Shown here: piece after piece, positions 9,472 to 21,853 of the stretch
Numbering within the stretch: the stretch's first letter is position 1
How the letters are laid out: each line of letters begins with the position of its first letter
Assembly: GCA_965223325.1 (NCBI GenBank)
Contig: CBDCWI010000001.1
Span: 1,632,001-1,696,000, forward strand
DNA length: 64,000 nucleotides
Source: Candidatus Multivoradales bacterium
GTDB taxonomy: Bacteria; Acidobacteriota; Thermoanaerobaculia; Multivoradales; Multivoraceae
Direction of reading: 5' to 3'
Position numbers and translations under genes: made by a program
The notes under the pieces: generated by a model
Database searches by the model: none
Seen by the model: only the letters and a program-made list of their open reading frames with translations
Told to the model about the DNA's origin: nothing

Positions 9472-10887
9472 ATGACCACAACGATCTCCTTCTACGCCCA
9501 GGTGAACAAGATGTTCGACCGGGCCGCCAAGCACACCGACTACGACCCCGGCATCCTCGCTCAGATTCGGTCCGTCAACAGCAACTATCGGATGGCCTTC
9601 CCGATTCGCCGCGACGACGGGAGCGTCGAGGTCATCGTCGGCTGGCGCGCGGAACACAGCCATCACCGGCTCCCCACCAAAGGTGGTATCCGCTACGCCG
9701 CCAACGTCAATGCCGACGAGGTGCGCGCCCTTTCCGCACTGATGACCTACAAGTGCGCCATCGTCGACGTCCCTTTCGGCGGCGCCAAAGGCGGGATTCG
9801 CATCTCACGGCACAAGTACTCGACCGCCGAACTCCAGCGCATCACCCGCCGCTTCACGGCCGAGCTGATCGCCAAACGCTTCATCGGGCCCGGCATCGAC
9901 GTTCCCGCCCCCGACTACGGAACCGGCGAGCAGGAGATGTCGTGGATCGCCGACACCTACATGAGTCTCACCCAGGGCGAGCTCAACTCGCTGGCCTGCG
10001 TCACCGGCAAACCCCTCGAGCAGGGCGGCATTCGCGGCCGGCGCGAGGCCACCGGTATGGGTGTCTTCTTCGGGCTCCGCGAAGCCTGCACCGACGAGAC
10101 CGTGATGAGAGAACTCAAAATGCCCCTCGGTCTCGAAGGCAAGACCGTCGTGGTCCAGGGGCTCGGCAACGTCGGTTTCGCGGCCGCCAAGTTCCTCTCC
10201 GAGGCAGGCGCTGTGATCGTTGGCCTGGCGGAGTACGAAGGCGCGGTTCACAACCCGAACGGTCTCGACCTGGAAGCGGTGGTGAGCCACCGCCAGGAAA
10301 CCAAGTCGATTCTCGGCTTCCCCGATGCCCAGGACCTGCCCGAGACCCACGCCGCGCTGGAGCTCGAGTGCGACATTCTGATCCCCGCTGCGCTCGAGAA
10401 CCAGATCACCATCGAGAATGTCGACAACATCAAGGCCCGCATCGTCGGCGAGGCGGCCAACGGCCCAACCACCGCAGACGCCGCACAGCGGCTTCATGAT
10501 CGCGGGGTTCTGGTCATCCCGGACCTCTATCTCAACTGCGGCGGGGTGACGGTGTCGTACTTCGAATGGCTCAAGAACCTCTCGCATGTTCGCTTCGGCC
10601 GTCTGCAAAAGCGCTACGACTCGGCCGCCTATCGGCGCCTCATGGACACCATCGGTTCGGCCACCGGCAAAGTCTTCAGCGAGGAAGAAATCGAAGCCGT
10701 TGCCCAGGGCGCCGGCGAACAGGACCTGGTGCTCTCGGGCCTCGAGGAAACCATGGTCGACGCATACCAGCAAATCCGCACTCGGCAACTCAGCATTGGT
10801 GAAGACTGCGACCTGCGAACCGCCGCCTTTGCGGTCGCGATCGACAAAGTGGCACGCACCTATCAATCGATGGGGATCTTCCCCTAG
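9472..10887 (+). CDS. gdhA: Glutamate dehydrogenase (Glu/Leu/Phe/Val family)
   Basis: PTKGGIRY, MTYKCA..VPFGGAKGG, DVPAPD, GREATG-like, QGLGNVG, EAANGP, VTVSYFEWLKN. Confidence 0.93.
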   Translation: MTTTISFYAQVNKMFDRAAKHTDYDPGILAQIRSVNSNYRMAFPIRRDDGSVEVIVGWRAEHSHHRLPTKGGIRYAANVNADEVRALSALMTYKCAIVDVPFGGAKGGIRISRHKYSTAELQRITRRFTAELIAKRFIGPGIDVPAPDYGTGEQEMSWIADTYMSLTQGELNSLACVTGKPLEQGGIRGRREATGMGVFFGLREACTDETVMRELKMPLGLEGKTVVVQGLGNVGFAAAKFLSEAGAVIVGLAEYEGAVHNPNGLDLEAVVSHRQETKSILGFPDAQDLPETHAALELECDILIPAALENQITIENVDNIKARIVGEAANGPTTADAAQRLHDRGVLVIPDLYLNCGGVTVSYFEWLKNLSHVRFGRLQKRYDSAAYRRLMDTIGSATGKVFSEEEIEAVAQGAGEQDLVLSGLEETMVDAYQQIRTRQLSIGEDCDLRTAAFAVAIDKVARTYQSMGIFP

Positions 10888-11004
10888 CAGGCCCCGCCTC
10901 GACGCCTAGGACATCCTGAGGTGGGACGCCCAGCGTGCGACCCGGCCCTGGTTGGGGTCGAACCCTCTCGAAACGCTCGCCGCTTACCCTTCGGGCCCTT
11001 CACT

Positions 11005-11946
11005 ATGTTGATCAACATCGCCTTTGTCGTCGTCGGCATCGCTCTCCTCTACTACGGGGGCGAGTGGTTGGTGCGCTCGTCGACCGCGATGGCGGCGGCA
11101 CTCGGCGTCACCCCGTTCGTGATCGCCTGCACCGTCGTCGCCTTCGGTACCTCGGCTCCGGAACTGGCGACCTCGGTGGTGGCGGCATTGCGCGACCAGC
11201 CGGACATCGCGCTCGGTAACGTCATCGGTTCAAACACCGCCAACATCGGCCTGATTCTAGGCGTCGCGGCGTTGATCGCACCGCTGTCTGTCGACCGCCG
11301 GTTGCTGCGACGCGAAGTGCCGTTCATGATCGCCACCGCGTTCCTGTTGACGGGGTTCTGTTTGACCGGCCAGCTCAGCTACCTGCACGCCTTGATCCTG
11401 ACGGCACTTCTAGCTGCCTTTCTGTTCGTGATCATCAAGAGCGGTGAACCGCCGCCGGCAGGCGAAGGGCTCGAAATCCCCGAGCGAGTCTCGCTGGTCC
11501 CCTCGGCCGTTGGCACGGTCGGCGGCACCATCATGCTGGTCTCCGGAGCCTGGTTCCTGGTGCGCGGGGCGAGCGCCATCGCCGCAGCGATCGGCATTCC
11601 CGATGCGGTGGTCTCGCTCACTCTGGTCGCCTTCGGCACCTCGCTGCCCGAGTTGGCCAGCTGTGCAATCGCGGTTCGGCACGGAGACAGCGACTTCGTG
11701 CTCGGCAATGTCATTGGCTCGAACGTCTTCAACACCCTCTTGATCGTGCCTTCGACGGTGGCGCTCAAGCCCTTCGCCACCCCGCCTGCCCTGTGGACTC
11801 CGCACCTCATCGTCATGGTGGCGTTCTCGCTTCTCTTGCTGGTGATCTTCACCCGGCCGAAGATGGGTCGAGCATTCGGGACTGCCTTCCTGGTCGCCTA
11901 TCTCGGCTATGTCATCTGGATCGGAGCGTCGACCCACCTGATCTAG
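11005..11946 (+). CDS. Calcium/sodium antiporter (YrbG-like, CaCA family)
   Basis: Two alpha repeats: AFGTSAPEL...GNVIGSN and AFGTSLPEL...GNVIGSN. Confidence 0.92.
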   Translation: MLINIAFVVVGIALLYYGGEWLVRSSTAMAAALGVTPFVIACTVVAFGTSAPELATSVVAALRDQPDIALGNVIGSNTANIGLILGVAALIAPLSVDRRLLRREVPFMIATAFLLTGFCLTGQLSYLHALILTALLAAFLFVIIKSGEPPPAGEGLEIPERVSLVPSAVGTVGGTIMLVSGAWFLVRGASAIAAAIGIPDAVVSLTLVAFGTSLPELASCAIAVRHGDSDFVLGNVIGSNVFNTLLIVPSTVALKPFATPPALWTPHLIVMVAFSLLLLVIFTRPKMGRAFGTAFLVAYLGYVIWIGASTHLI

Positions 11947-12051
11947 GAGTGGCTCCTGCCACCTCGCGGCGGTTGAACCTGGAGCCCCTCCCCACCGACC
12001 AGGTCCGATATCCTCGCGCTCGAACAAGCGACCAATGGAGAACGCTGCGAA

Positions 12052-14949
12052 ATGAGTGCCCCAGTTCGATCCATGCCATCGTCTGCTAGCGAGATTTCGG
12101 CCTACAGCCCGGGTCGGTTTGCCGGTCGTCACCTCGGGCCGCGCCCTCCCGAGATCGTCGACATGTTGTCGCGGGTGGGCGCCGAGGACCTGAGCGAGCT
12201 CATCGACCAGACGATCCCCGAGGCCATTCGCTTCGCCGGCGCGATCGATCTCCCGGCGCCGCTCGGCGAGCGCCAGGCTCTCGAACGCATGCAGGAGATC
12301 GCCGACCGCAACCAGGTCAAGCGTTCGTTGATCGGCCTCGGCTACCGGCGCGCGATCATGCCGGGCGTCATCCAGCGCAACATTCTCGAGAACCCCGGCT
12401 GGTACACCGCCTACACCCCGTACCAGGCTGAAATCGCCCAGGGACGCCTCGAAGCGCTGCTCAACTTCCAGACCCTGATTCTCGACCTCACCGGCCTCGA
12501 AATCGCCAACGCGTCACTGCTCGACGAGGCCACCGCGGTCGCCGAGGCGATGGCACTGGCGCTAGCGGCCCATCGCGGCAAGCGCACCCGCTTTCTGGTC
12601 GACTCGGGCTGTCATCCGCAGACGATCGAGGTCGTGCGCTCGCGCGCCAGGCCGCTGGGAATCGAAGTCGTCGTGGCCTCACCGGCAGAGCTTCCCATCA
12701 ACGATCAGGCGTGCGGTCTGGTCCTGCAACTACCCACCTCCGACGGTCAGATCGTCGATCCACGCATGATTCTGAAAGCGGCCGGCGAGGCCGGGATCAT
12801 CGGCGTCATCGCCGCCGACCCGATGGCCCTCTGCCTGCTCGAGGCTCCCGGGACCTGGGGCGCCGACGTCGTGGTCGGCAGCACCCAGCGCTTCGGTTTG
12901 CCAATGGGCTTCGGCGGTCCGCACGCCGCCTACTTCGCCACTCGCGACAAGTACCGCCGGCAGGTTCCGGGGCGCATCGTCGGTGTTTCCCAAGATCGAG
13001 ACGGCAACCCCGGGCTGCGCCTCGCCCTGCAGACTCGCGAACAACACATCCGCCGCGACCGTGCAACCAGCAACATCTGTACGGCCCAGGTCCTCCCGGC
13101 GGTCCTTGCGTCGATGTACGCCGTCTACCACGGTCCCGAAGGTCTTCAGCACATCGCCAGCGAACTGCACCGCCTGGCCTGCCGCGTCGCCGATGGCGCG
13201 CAGGCTCTGGGCGTCGCCAGCCGGCACGACACGTTCTTCGACCTGGTACGGCTCGAAACCGGCCCCGCAACCGATGGGTTCCTCGATGAAGCGCTGGCGG
13301 GCGGCTTCAACCTCCGTCGCTTCGATGACTCTTCGGTGGGCATCGCGATGGACGAAGCGAGCACCGACGAAGAGGTCGACCTGCTGCTCGAAACCCTGGC
13401 CACGGCGACCGAACAGAAGGCCGGCAAGGTCAAAGACGGCGGTTCCCGCCTGGCAGCGGAGCTGCTGCGCCAGGGCGCATTCCTCGAGCACGAGGTCTTC
13501 TCGGCCTACCGCTCCGAGACCGACATGCTGCGCTATCTGCATCGTCTCCAGACCCGCGACCTGGCACTCGACACCTCGATGATCCCGCTGGGTTCCTGCA
13601 CGATGAAGCTCAACGCAACAACCGAGATGGCGCCGGTGACCTGGCCGGGGTTTGCTGAGATCCACCCGTTCGCCCCCGCCGACCAGACCGCGGGCTACGG
13701 CGAGTTGATCGACGACCTCGAAACCTGGCTGGCTGAAATCACCGGCTTCGACGCAATCTCTCTGCAACCCAACGCCGGCTCGCAGGGTGAGTACGCCGGG
13801 CTCCTGGTCATTCGCGCGTACCACGAGAGCCGCGGCGAAGGGCAACGCAACGTCTGCCTTATCCCGACCTCAGCCCATGGCACGAACCCCGCGAGCGCCG
13901 TGATGGCCGGCCTCGAGGTCGTGCCCGTAGCTTGCGACGAGAACGGCAACATCGATGTCGACGATCTCGATAGGCGGGCCAAGGAACACGCGGCGAAGCT
14001 CTGTGCATTGATGGTCACCTACCCTTCGACGCATGGCGTCTTCGAGGAGGCCATCCGCGACATCTGCCGAATCGTCCATGACAACGGCGGCCAGGTCTAC
14101 ATGGACGGCGCCAATATGAACGCCCAGGTCGGGCTGTGCCGACCGGGTGACTTTGGAGCCGACGTCTGCCATCTCAATCTGCACAAGACGTTCTGCATTC
14201 CGCACGGCGGCGGCGGGCCGGGCATGGGTCCCATCGGCACCGCGTCTCACCTGACGCCGTTCCTACCGGGTCATCCGCTGCGTGAGACCGGTGGTGAGAA
14301 GGCCATTGGCCCGATCAGCGCCGCACCATGGGGAAGCGGCACCATCCTACCGATTTCGTGGGCTTACATCGCAATGATGGGAAGCGCTGGCCTCACCGAC
14401 GCCTCGCGTATTGCGATCCTGAACGCCAACTACATCGCCAAGCGGCTCGAAGGGCACTATCCGGTGCTCTACCGCGGCCATAACGGCCGGGTCGCCCACG
14501 AGTGCATCCTCGATCTGCGCCCGCTCAAGAAAGCCGGGGTGGAGGTAGAGGACGTCGCAAAACGGTTGATCGACTACGGGTTTCACGCCCCCACCGTCTC
14601 CTGGCCGGTGGCCGGCACCGTCATGGTCGAACCGACCGAGTCGGAGTCGCAGGCCGAACTCGACCGCTTCTGTGACGCGATGATCGCCATCGGCGAGGAA
14701 GCGGCAGCCATCGAGCGTGGAGACGTCGCGCTCGAGCGCAGCGCCCTTCGCAATGCCCCTCATACCGCAGGCTGTCTCCTCGAAGACGAATGGGATGCCG
14801 ACTACACGCGCGAGCAGGCCGCCTTCCCTGCTCCCTGGACCCGCGAGTACAAGTACTGGCCGCCGGTACGACGCGTCGACAACGCCTACGGCGACCGCCA
14901 CCTGGTGTGTTCGTGCGTGGGAATGGAAGCCTTCAGGACCTCCGAGTAG
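12052..14949 (+). CDS. gcvP: Glycine dehydrogenase (glycine cleavage P protein, single chain)
   Basis: [58 protein letters not shown]. Confidence 0.97.
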   Translation: MSAPVRSMPSSASEISAYSPGRFAGRHLGPRPPEIVDMLSRVGAEDLSELIDQTIPEAIRFAGAIDLPAPLGERQALERMQEIADRNQVKRSLIGLGYRRAIMPGVIQRNILENPGWYTAYTPYQAEIAQGRLEALLNFQTLILDLTGLEIANASLLDEATAVAEAMALALAAHRGKRTRFLVDSGCHPQTIEVVRSRARPLGIEVVVASPAELPINDQACGLVLQLPTSDGQIVDPRMILKAAGEAGIIGVIAADPMALCLLEAPGTWGADVVVGSTQRFGLPMGFGGPHAAYFATRDKYRRQVPGRIVGVSQDRDGNPGLRLALQTREQHIRRDRATSNICTAQVLPAVLASMYAVYHGPEGLQHIASELHRLACRVADGAQALGVASRHDTFFDLVRLETGPATDGFLDEALAGGFNLRRFDDSSVGIAMDEASTDEEVDLLLETLATATEQKAGKVKDGGSRLAAELLRQGAFLEHEVFSAYRSETDMLRYLHRLQTRDLALDTSMIPLGSCTMKLNATTEMAPVTWPGFAEIHPFAPADQTAGYGELIDDLETWLAEITGFDAISLQPNAGSQGEYAGLLVIRAYHESRGEGQRNVCLIPTSAHGTNPASAVMAGLEVVPVACDENGNIDVDDLDRRAKEHAAKLCALMVTYPSTHGVFEEAIRDICRIVHDNGGQVYMDGANMNAQVGLCRPGDFGADVCHLNLHKTFCIPHGGGGPGMGPIGTASHLTPFLPGHPLRETGGEKAIGPISAAPWGSGTILPISWAYIAMMGSAGLTDASRIAILNANYIAKRLEGHYPVLYRGHNGRVAHECILDLRPLKKAGVEVEDVAKRLIDYGFHAPTVSWPVAGTVMVEPTESESQAELDRFCDAMIAIGEEAAAIERGDVALERSALRNAPHTAGCLLEDEWDADYTREQAAFPAPWTREYKYWPPVRRVDNAYGDRHLVCSCVGMEAFRTSE

Positions 14950-14965
14950 AGGCCGCGGAGGCCTC

Positions 14966-16036
14966 GTGAGACCCGTCTGGTGCAGATCGAGGGCAGGTCG
15001 CCCAACCCTCATCCTGGCTTCGGCAGTCATCTTCGCGGTTTCCGCCCTGGGCTCTGAGACCGAGTGCCTCGTCGACCCGAGAGCTGCCGTCGACTCGCTG
15101 GGTAATCCAGGTCGAGCACTCGACTTTCGCCTCGGCGAGGCCAGCGACCCGAGCCGCGCCCAACACTGGCAAGGCATCCAGCGCCTCGACCAGGACGAGC
15201 ACAGCTTTCTCGTGCTCTCACGTAACGGCATCCCGTGCGCGAACGAACGCGGCTGCGGAGGCTTCGTCGTCGTTCCCATGGGCGACAGAGCCGAGCGCGA
15301 AGTCGTTCTCGAATTCGCCATCGAAGAACCGGAATTCGACCACGCCGGCGGTTTCCAGATCACCGGCGACCTGCTGGCGATAGGGCTCGAACACCGCAAT
15401 CTCCTCTCCCAGGTTCTGCTCTTCGACGTTTCTGACCCACTCGAGCCGCGACGCATCGGCGCGACTCCCAGGCGCCCAGACCAGGGCGCCGGAGCGGTGG
15501 GCCTCCTAAGCCTCCCCTCCGGCTACCTTTCCTTGGCGGTCGGCGGCTGGGACTCGGACCGCATCGACTACTATCGCTCGCGCACCCCTGGCGAGACCGG
15601 CCAGGGCATCGAGTTCGAGCTCGAAGACAGCTGGACCAAAGATGAGCTCGAGATGCCAGAAGGCATCGAAGCGATCGCCTACCAGAACACCAACCTCCTG
15701 AGCGACTGCTCCGGCACCACGTTCCTCGTCGCCACCGGCCGAACCGAAGCCTCAGCGTCCCCTCCCGAAGACCGCATCGACCTGTTCCGCATCGACCAAC
15801 ACGACCAGGACCGCGTACTGACCTGGGTGACCTCACAGGAAGTCCGCTGTCAGGAGGGTGAGCTGGAAGTCTGCAACCTGCGCGCGGCCGCTGGCATCCA
15901 CCTCGAAACCGACGGCACTCTGAGGCTCTATGCCGCCGAACACGAAAACACCGGCGCAGCCACGAGAGGGCAGGGAGAGGTGCGTGTACGCTCCTTCGCA
16001 CCTCAACCTCAGAAGGTAGCCTCCGGAGCAAGTTGA
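14966..16036 (+). CDS. Secreted hypothetical protein, probably beta-propeller
   Basis: GTG after GGAGG, hydrophobic signal-like segment, HWQGIQRL, DHAGGFQITGDLLAIGLE, repeated beta strands. Confidence 0.65.
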   Translation: MRPVWCRSRAGRPTLILASAVIFAVSALGSETECLVDPRAAVDSLGNPGRALDFRLGEASDPSRAQHWQGIQRLDQDEHSFLVLSRNGIPCANERGCGGFVVVPMGDRAEREVVLEFAIEEPEFDHAGGFQITGDLLAIGLEHRNLLSQVLLFDVSDPLEPRRIGATPRRPDQGAGAVGLLSLPSGYLSLAVGGWDSDRIDYYRSRTPGETGQGIEFELEDSWTKDELEMPEGIEAIAYQNTNLLSDCSGTTFLVATGRTEASASPPEDRIDLFRIDQHDQDRVLTWVTSQEVRCQEGELEVCNLRAAAGIHLETDGTLRLYAAEHENTGAATRGQGEVRVRSFAPQPQKVASGAS

Positions 16037-16098
16037 AGACCCCCGCCTCGGTCTGGGGTGTCGAGTCGGAAGTATGGCGCCGTGAGAGAGTCGACGGC

Positions 16099-17235
16099 AT
16101 GAGTCACAATCGACCCGAGGACATGACAGAGCGCGAATCATCGGTCGACAGCTGGAAGACCCTCCATCAGATCGTCGCCGCCGCAGAGCGCGATCTCTCT
16201 CCAGAAGCCTGGAACTACCTCGCAGGCGCCAGCGAAACCGAGACTTCTGCGCGCCGCAATCGACTGGCGCTCGACGCCCTCGCGTTTCGCCCGCGCGTGC
16301 TGTGCGATGTTTCATCGATCGACACGACTGGCAAGCTGCTCGGCCACTCGCTGCGGCTTCCGGTAGTGCTCGCACCGATCGGTTCGAGCCAGCTGTTCCA
16401 CCCAGGCGGTGGCAGTGCCGCAGCGGCCGGCGCATCTGACTTCGGAACCCTGTCGTTCGTGAGCTCGCACAGCGAACCGGACTTCGAAGAGGTCGCCGGA
16501 TCGGCGGACGGGCCGAAGGTCTTCCAGCTCTACCTGCTCGGTCCCGAGGAGTGGATGAACGAACGCATCGAGCGTGCGATCGCGGCGGGTTACTGCGGCT
16601 TCTGCCTGACCGTCGACACGCCGGTCCTCAGTCGGCGCGAACGGGACTGGTTGACCAACTGGTCGATTCCCTCGGGGACCGAGGCGGGTGACTTCGGCTA
16701 CCAGGCCCGGATGACCTGGGATCTCGTCGAGCGATACAAGACGCGCTTCGACCTGCCGCTGGTGCTCAAGGGCATTGCCACCGCCGAAGACGCCCGTCGC
16801 GCCTGTGACCTCGGCGTCGACGTCGTCTACGTCTCCAACCACGGCGGGCGGCAACTCGACCATGCTCTGGGCGGCGCCGAGATGCTCCCGGAGATCGTCG
16901 AGGCCGTCGCCGGTCGCGCCGAGGTGGTGGTGGACGGCGGAGTCTTGCGCGGCTCCGACGTCGTCAAGTTGCTCGCCCTCGGTGCCGACGCAGTGGGCTG
17001 CGGGCGGCTCTACTGCTTCGGCCTGGCGGCGGCAGGTGCCGCCGGAGTTCTCCGCACGCTCGAGATTCTGCGCTTTGAAGTCAAAACCACCCTCGCCCTT
17101 CTCGGCGTCAGCTCCCCTGGCCAGCTCAATGCAAGTCACTTGACGCACGCGGCGCTCGCACCGGTGCGCGGCGCCGAGCCCCACATCTCGCGGGCGTTCC
17201 CATTTCTCGAGTTCAGCCGCACGCGCTTCGACTGA
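16099..17235 (+). CDS. FMN-dependent alpha-hydroxy-acid oxidase/dehydrogenase
   Basis: FRPRVL, LAPIG, FQLY, LTVD..SRRE, SNHGGRQLD, DGGVLRGSDVVK. Confidence 0.92.
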   Translation: MSHNRPEDMTERESSVDSWKTLHQIVAAAERDLSPEAWNYLAGASETETSARRNRLALDALAFRPRVLCDVSSIDTTGKLLGHSLRLPVVLAPIGSSQLFHPGGGSAAAAGASDFGTLSFVSSHSEPDFEEVAGSADGPKVFQLYLLGPEEWMNERIERAIAAGYCGFCLTVDTPVLSRRERDWLTNWSIPSGTEAGDFGYQARMTWDLVERYKTRFDLPLVLKGIATAEDARRACDLGVDVVYVSNHGGRQLDHALGGAEMLPEIVEAVAGRAEVVVDGGVLRGSDVVKLLALGADAVGCGRLYCFGLAAAGAAGVLRTLEILRFEVKTTLALLGVSSPGQLNASHLTHAALAPVRGAEPHISRAFPFLEFSRTRFD

Positions 17236-17242
17236 CCAGGGT

Positions 17243-17863
17243 TCAAAGAGCCGGGCGGATCTCGACCGGAACCCTTCTCGACTCCTCCCAGGCCTCGACC
17301 GCGGGAACCTGCTCGAGCAGGAAACCGAACGGGTCGATGCCTTCGAGCAGGCAGTGGCGCGCGAAGGGATCGATCTCGAAGCTCGTCGTCTCACCGCCCG
17401 GCAGTTCGACTCGAGAAGTCTCGAGATCGATCGCCACCCGTACCGCCGGATCGTTCTCGACCGCCTCGAGAAGCGCCTGCCACACTGCCGGCTCGAGAGT
17501 CACGACCAGCAGACCGTTCTTGAGGGCATTGTTGCGGAAGATGTCGGCAAAGCGCGTCGACAAAACCGCCTTGAACCCACCGGCCAAAAGCGCCCAGGGC
17601 GCATGCTCACGTGATGACCCGCAACCAAAGTTGTCGCCAGCGAGCAGAATCTCGGCTCCCTGGTACTCCGGACGGGCTAGCGGAAAGTCCGGCTGGTCGC
17701 GCCAGTTCGAAAACAGCCCTTCGGCCAGACCCGACTTGTCGACGATCTTGAGGTAACGCGCCGGGATGATCTGGTCGGTGTCGATGTCCTGGATCGGCAA
17801 CGGCACGACCGTCGACTCGACCCGGCGCACCTGACTGCTGGCAGTTTCCCGGTCGCTCGTCAT
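17243..17863 (-). CDS. leuD: 3-isopropylmalate dehydratase small subunit
   Basis: DIDTDQIIPARYLK, NFGCGSSREHAPWAL, FADIFRNN; start overlaps the leuC stop (TGATG). Confidence 0.95.
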   Translation of the reverse strand: MTSDRETASSQVRRVESTVVPLPIQDIDTDQIIPARYLKIVDKSGLAEGLFSNWRDQPDFPLARPEYQGAEILLAGDNFGCGSSREHAPWALLAGGFKAVLSTRFADIFRNNALKNGLLVVTLEPAVWQALLEAVENDPAVRVAIDLETSRVELPGGETTSFEIDPFARHCLLEGIDPFGFLLEQVPAVEAWEESRRVPVEIRPAL

Positions 17864-19305
17864 CAGGTGATCTCCCGCGCGTCGGCGATGCGCCCGGCGA
17901 CGGCCGAGGCGGCGGCAGTCAGGGGACTGGCCAGAAAGGTCCGACCACCCGGCCCCTGGCGGCCTTCGAAGTTGCGATTGCTGGTCGAGACGGCGTACTG
18001 CCCTGACACCAGGCGATCGGAGTTCATCGCCAGGCACATCGAGCAGCCCGCATCGCGCCATTCCGCCCCGGCACTCTCGAAGACCTCATGCAGCCCGGCG
18101 GCCTCGGCCCGCCGTTTGACATGTTGCGAACCGGGCACGACCAACATGCGCACTCCGGAGGCCACCTTGCGGCCGTCGAGTACCTTCGCGGCCGCCTCGA
18201 GATCGCCGAAGCGCGAATTCGTACAGCTGCCGACAAAAACCACGTCAATGGCCTTGCCGAGCAGCTTCTGGCCGGGGTCGAGCGCCATGTACTCGAGCGC
18301 CTTGTCGAACGAGGGTCGCGCGATGTCTTCGATGACCGCGGTCTCGGGCACCCGCCCGGTGATCGGAATCGCCATGCCGGGGTTGGTTCCCCAGGTGATC
18401 ATGGGCTCGAGCGCACCAGCGTCGATCTCGAGGAAACGGTCGTAGGAAGCACCTGGATCGGTGGGCAGTGTCTTCCAGTCGGCGACCGCCCGCTCCCACT
18501 CCTCACCCGAAGGTGCGTAGGGCCGGCCGAGAAGCCAGTCGAAAGTCGTTTGATCAGGCGCCACCATGCCGGCGCGCGCGCCCCCTTCGATCGACATGTT
18601 GCACACCGTCATCCGGCCCTCCATGTCGAGCGCTTGGATCGCCTCGCCGGTGTACTCGAAGACATGACCCGTGCCGCCGTCGATGCCGTTCTCGGCGATC
18701 ACCGCCAGGATGATGTCTTTGGCCACAACCCCCGGCTGGCAGGCACCCGAGACGCGCACCTCGAAACTCTTCGGTTTATGTTGGAGGAGGGTCTGCGTTG
18801 CCAGGACGTGGCCCACTTCGCTGGTGCCAATGCCAAAGGCCAGCGCTCCAAAGGCGCCGTGCGTCGAAGTGTGGCTATCACCGCAGACGATGGTCATGCC
18901 GGGCTGCGAGCACCCGAGCTCGGGCCCCATCACATGCACGATGCCCTGATCGTCGCTGCCCAGACCATAGAGGGTAATGCCGAAGCGGGCGCAGTTCTCT
19001 TCGAGCCGATCGAGCTGGGTGGCGGCGACCTCATCGAGCACCCGCAGCTGCTTGCGGGTGATCTGCGGATCGGTCGGCGTCGAATGATCCATCGTCGCCA
19101 GGGTCTGCCGCGGGCGACGAACGGGGAGCCCTCGACGTTCGAGCTCGGAGAACGCTTGCGGCGAGGTCACCTCATGGATGAGGTGCAGGTCGATGTAGAG
19201 CACGGCTGGCATTCCCGCCGACCCGGCCCGGCCGGGGGTTTCAGGCGGCGCAACGGCAACGTGCCGGTCCCAGACCTTCTCGAACAGCGTGCGGGGATTG
19301 TCCAA
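17863..19305 (-). CDS. leuC: 3-isopropylmalate dehydratase large subunit
   Basis: [60 protein letters not shown]; TTG start inferred. Confidence 0.96.
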   Translation of the reverse strand: MDNPRTLFEKVWDRHVAVAPPETPGRAGSAGMPAVLYIDLHLIHEVTSPQAFSELERRGLPVRRPRQTLATMDHSTPTDPQITRKQLRVLDEVAATQLDRLEENCARFGITLYGLGSDDQGIVHVMGPELGCSQPGMTIVCGDSHTSTHGAFGALAFGIGTSEVGHVLATQTLLQHKPKSFEVRVSGACQPGVVAKDIILAVIAENGIDGGTGHVFEYTGEAIQALDMEGRMTVCNMSIEGGARAGMVAPDQTTFDWLLGRPYAPSGEEWERAVADWKTLPTDPGASYDRFLEIDAGALEPMITWGTNPGMAIPITGRVPETAVIEDIARPSFDKALEYMALDPGQKLLGKAIDVVFVGSCTNSRFGDLEAAAKVLDGRKVASGVRMLVVPGSQHVKRRAEAAGLHEVFESAGAEWRDAGCSMCLAMNSDRLVSGQYAVSTSNRNFEGRQGPGGRTFLASPLTAAASAVAGRIADAREIT

Positions 19306-19447
19306 ACCCTGGTTCCCTTCCTGGCGGGCGATGTTCTCTGAACGCGAGTGAAGCGCCGAGTCTAGCTGCCCGATCCGGTCGGGATGAGACGCCACCACCC
19401 CGGGTTCAGGCCCTCGCCGTCCCGCGACTGACGGATACGATGCCGAC

Positions 19448-20293
19448 ATGAGCGACTTTCGTGTTCTCCTCGAGGGCCTGAGCTTTCCAGAGGGCCCGCG
19501 CTGGCACCAGGGCTGCCTGTGGTTCTCGGATTTCTACCGCCACCAGGTGGTGGCCGTCGACCTCGAAGGCCAGCGTGAAACGATCCTCGAGGTTCCGGGC
19601 CAGCCGTCGGGTCTCGGCTTCGATCCCGACGGCAACCTGCTGGTGGTTTCGATGACCGACCGGCGGCTCCTTCGACATGACCTGGCAAGCCGAGAAACCG
19701 TCGAGGTGGCTGATCTCTCACAGCTCGCCCCCAGTCTCTGCAACGACATGGTCGTCGACGAGCTCGGCCGCGCGTACATCGGGAACTTCGGTTTCGAACG
19801 CCACCGCGGTGAAGAACCGCGGACGACGAACCTGGTGTTGGTCAACGAGCGCGGCGAAGCGCAAGAGGTCGCCGACGATCTCTTCTTTCCCAATGGCACA
19901 GTCATCACTCCGAACGATGAGCTGGTGATCGCCGAAACCTGGCGCGGCTGCCTGACCGCTTTCACTCGCGCCGCCGACGGCACCCTCGACCATCGCAGGG
20001 TCTGGGCCGATCTCGGCGGTACTGTGCCCGACGGCATTTGCCTCGATACGGACGGGGCAATCTGGGTCGCCGACCCGCGCAACAACGAGGTCATCCGCTT
20101 TCGAGAGGGCGGCACCGTCCTCGATCGATTGTCGACCGGCGATCGGGGTGCCTTCGCCTGCATGCTGGGCGGATCCGACCGCCGCACCCTCTTCGTCTGC
20201 ACCTGCTCAGGCTCGGGCCCCGAGATCACGAGCCGTCGCGATGGCCGTATCGAGATCTGCCCGGTCGGAACCCCGGGCGCCGGCCTCCCCTAG
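19448..20293 (+). CDS. SMP-30/gluconolactonase/LRE family protein
   Basis: [32 protein letters not shown]. Confidence 0.92.
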   Translation: MSDFRVLLEGLSFPEGPRWHQGCLWFSDFYRHQVVAVDLEGQRETILEVPGQPSGLGFDPDGNLLVVSMTDRRLLRHDLASRETVEVADLSQLAPSLCNDMVVDELGRAYIGNFGFERHRGEEPRTTNLVLVNERGEAQEVADDLFFPNGTVITPNDELVIAETWRGCLTAFTRAADGTLDHRRVWADLGGTVPDGICLDTDGAIWVADPRNNEVIRFREGGTVLDRLSTGDRGAFACMLGGSDRRTLFVCTCSGSGPEITSRRDGRIEICPVGTPGAGLP

Positions 20294-20350
20294 GGGCTTG
20301 CTCAAGGTGCGACTTCCACGCGACCCGCCCACTCCGATAGCGTCGGACCT

Positions 20351-21244
<894 letters not shown>

Positions 21245-21366
21245 GCGCGCGTGCGATGCGGACGCCAGGCTCAGAATCCTGGAGGCTCCAGCAAGGTTTC
21301 GGCGCCGTTTTGCGTCTCAGGGTACTGAGAGCCCAATGCAGGGAATCTCAGTACCGGAGACACAAG

Positions 21367-21810
21367 ATGGGTAGATCACGGGGATTCAGAGCACAACGGT
21401 CACCAGCCTGGCGGCGGCGACGGAGCATCACGTCACCCACGACACCTGCCAGCGCCAACGCACCAGCCGACACAGCCGCCAGCATCAGACTGATGAGACA
21501 GTTGACCAGGGCATTGTCCGAGGAGCGCACCCGGCAGGGTGAAACCGCTGCTCAAATCAGAGCCGAACGGCGCCGCCCAAAGTTCCCCGATATGCCACCG
21601 TTCTATACCGTCACCGCGGTTCACGACGGAGCCGGCCTTACGGTCGAACCCATGAACGACGACCCGCCTGGGCGGTCCTACTTCGTGGGTGTCCCAGAGG
21701 CGGCCGAGATCTACGTCGAGGGGACCATCGTGACGATCCACGACAACGAGGAGGACGTGGACGAGATCGAACGCCTCTTTGCCGGCGGCGCCAGGCACCT
21801 GGTGTCCTAG
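21367..21810 (+). CDS. Hypothetical protein (basic N-terminus, acidic beta-rich C-terminus)
   Basis: GGAGA RBS before ATG; fills the gap between menB and the GNAT gene; no family recognised. Confidence 0.5.
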   Translation: MGRSRGFRAQRSPAWRRRRSITSPTTPASANAPADTAASIRLMRQLTRALSEERTRQGETAAQIRAERRRPKFPDMPPFYTVTAVHDGAGLTVEPMNDDPPGRSYFVGVPEAAEIYVEGTIVTIHDNEEDVDEIERLFAGGARHLVS

Positions 21811-21853
21811 GACGGTTCGGCGGCACAGCGCGCCATCCGGCCAGCTGGCGAAC

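Noticed and set aside
11947-12051. Glycine riboswitch upstream of gcvP
   Set aside because: Only ~100 bp and no recognisable GGAGA...CCGAAG...CAGG aptamer core
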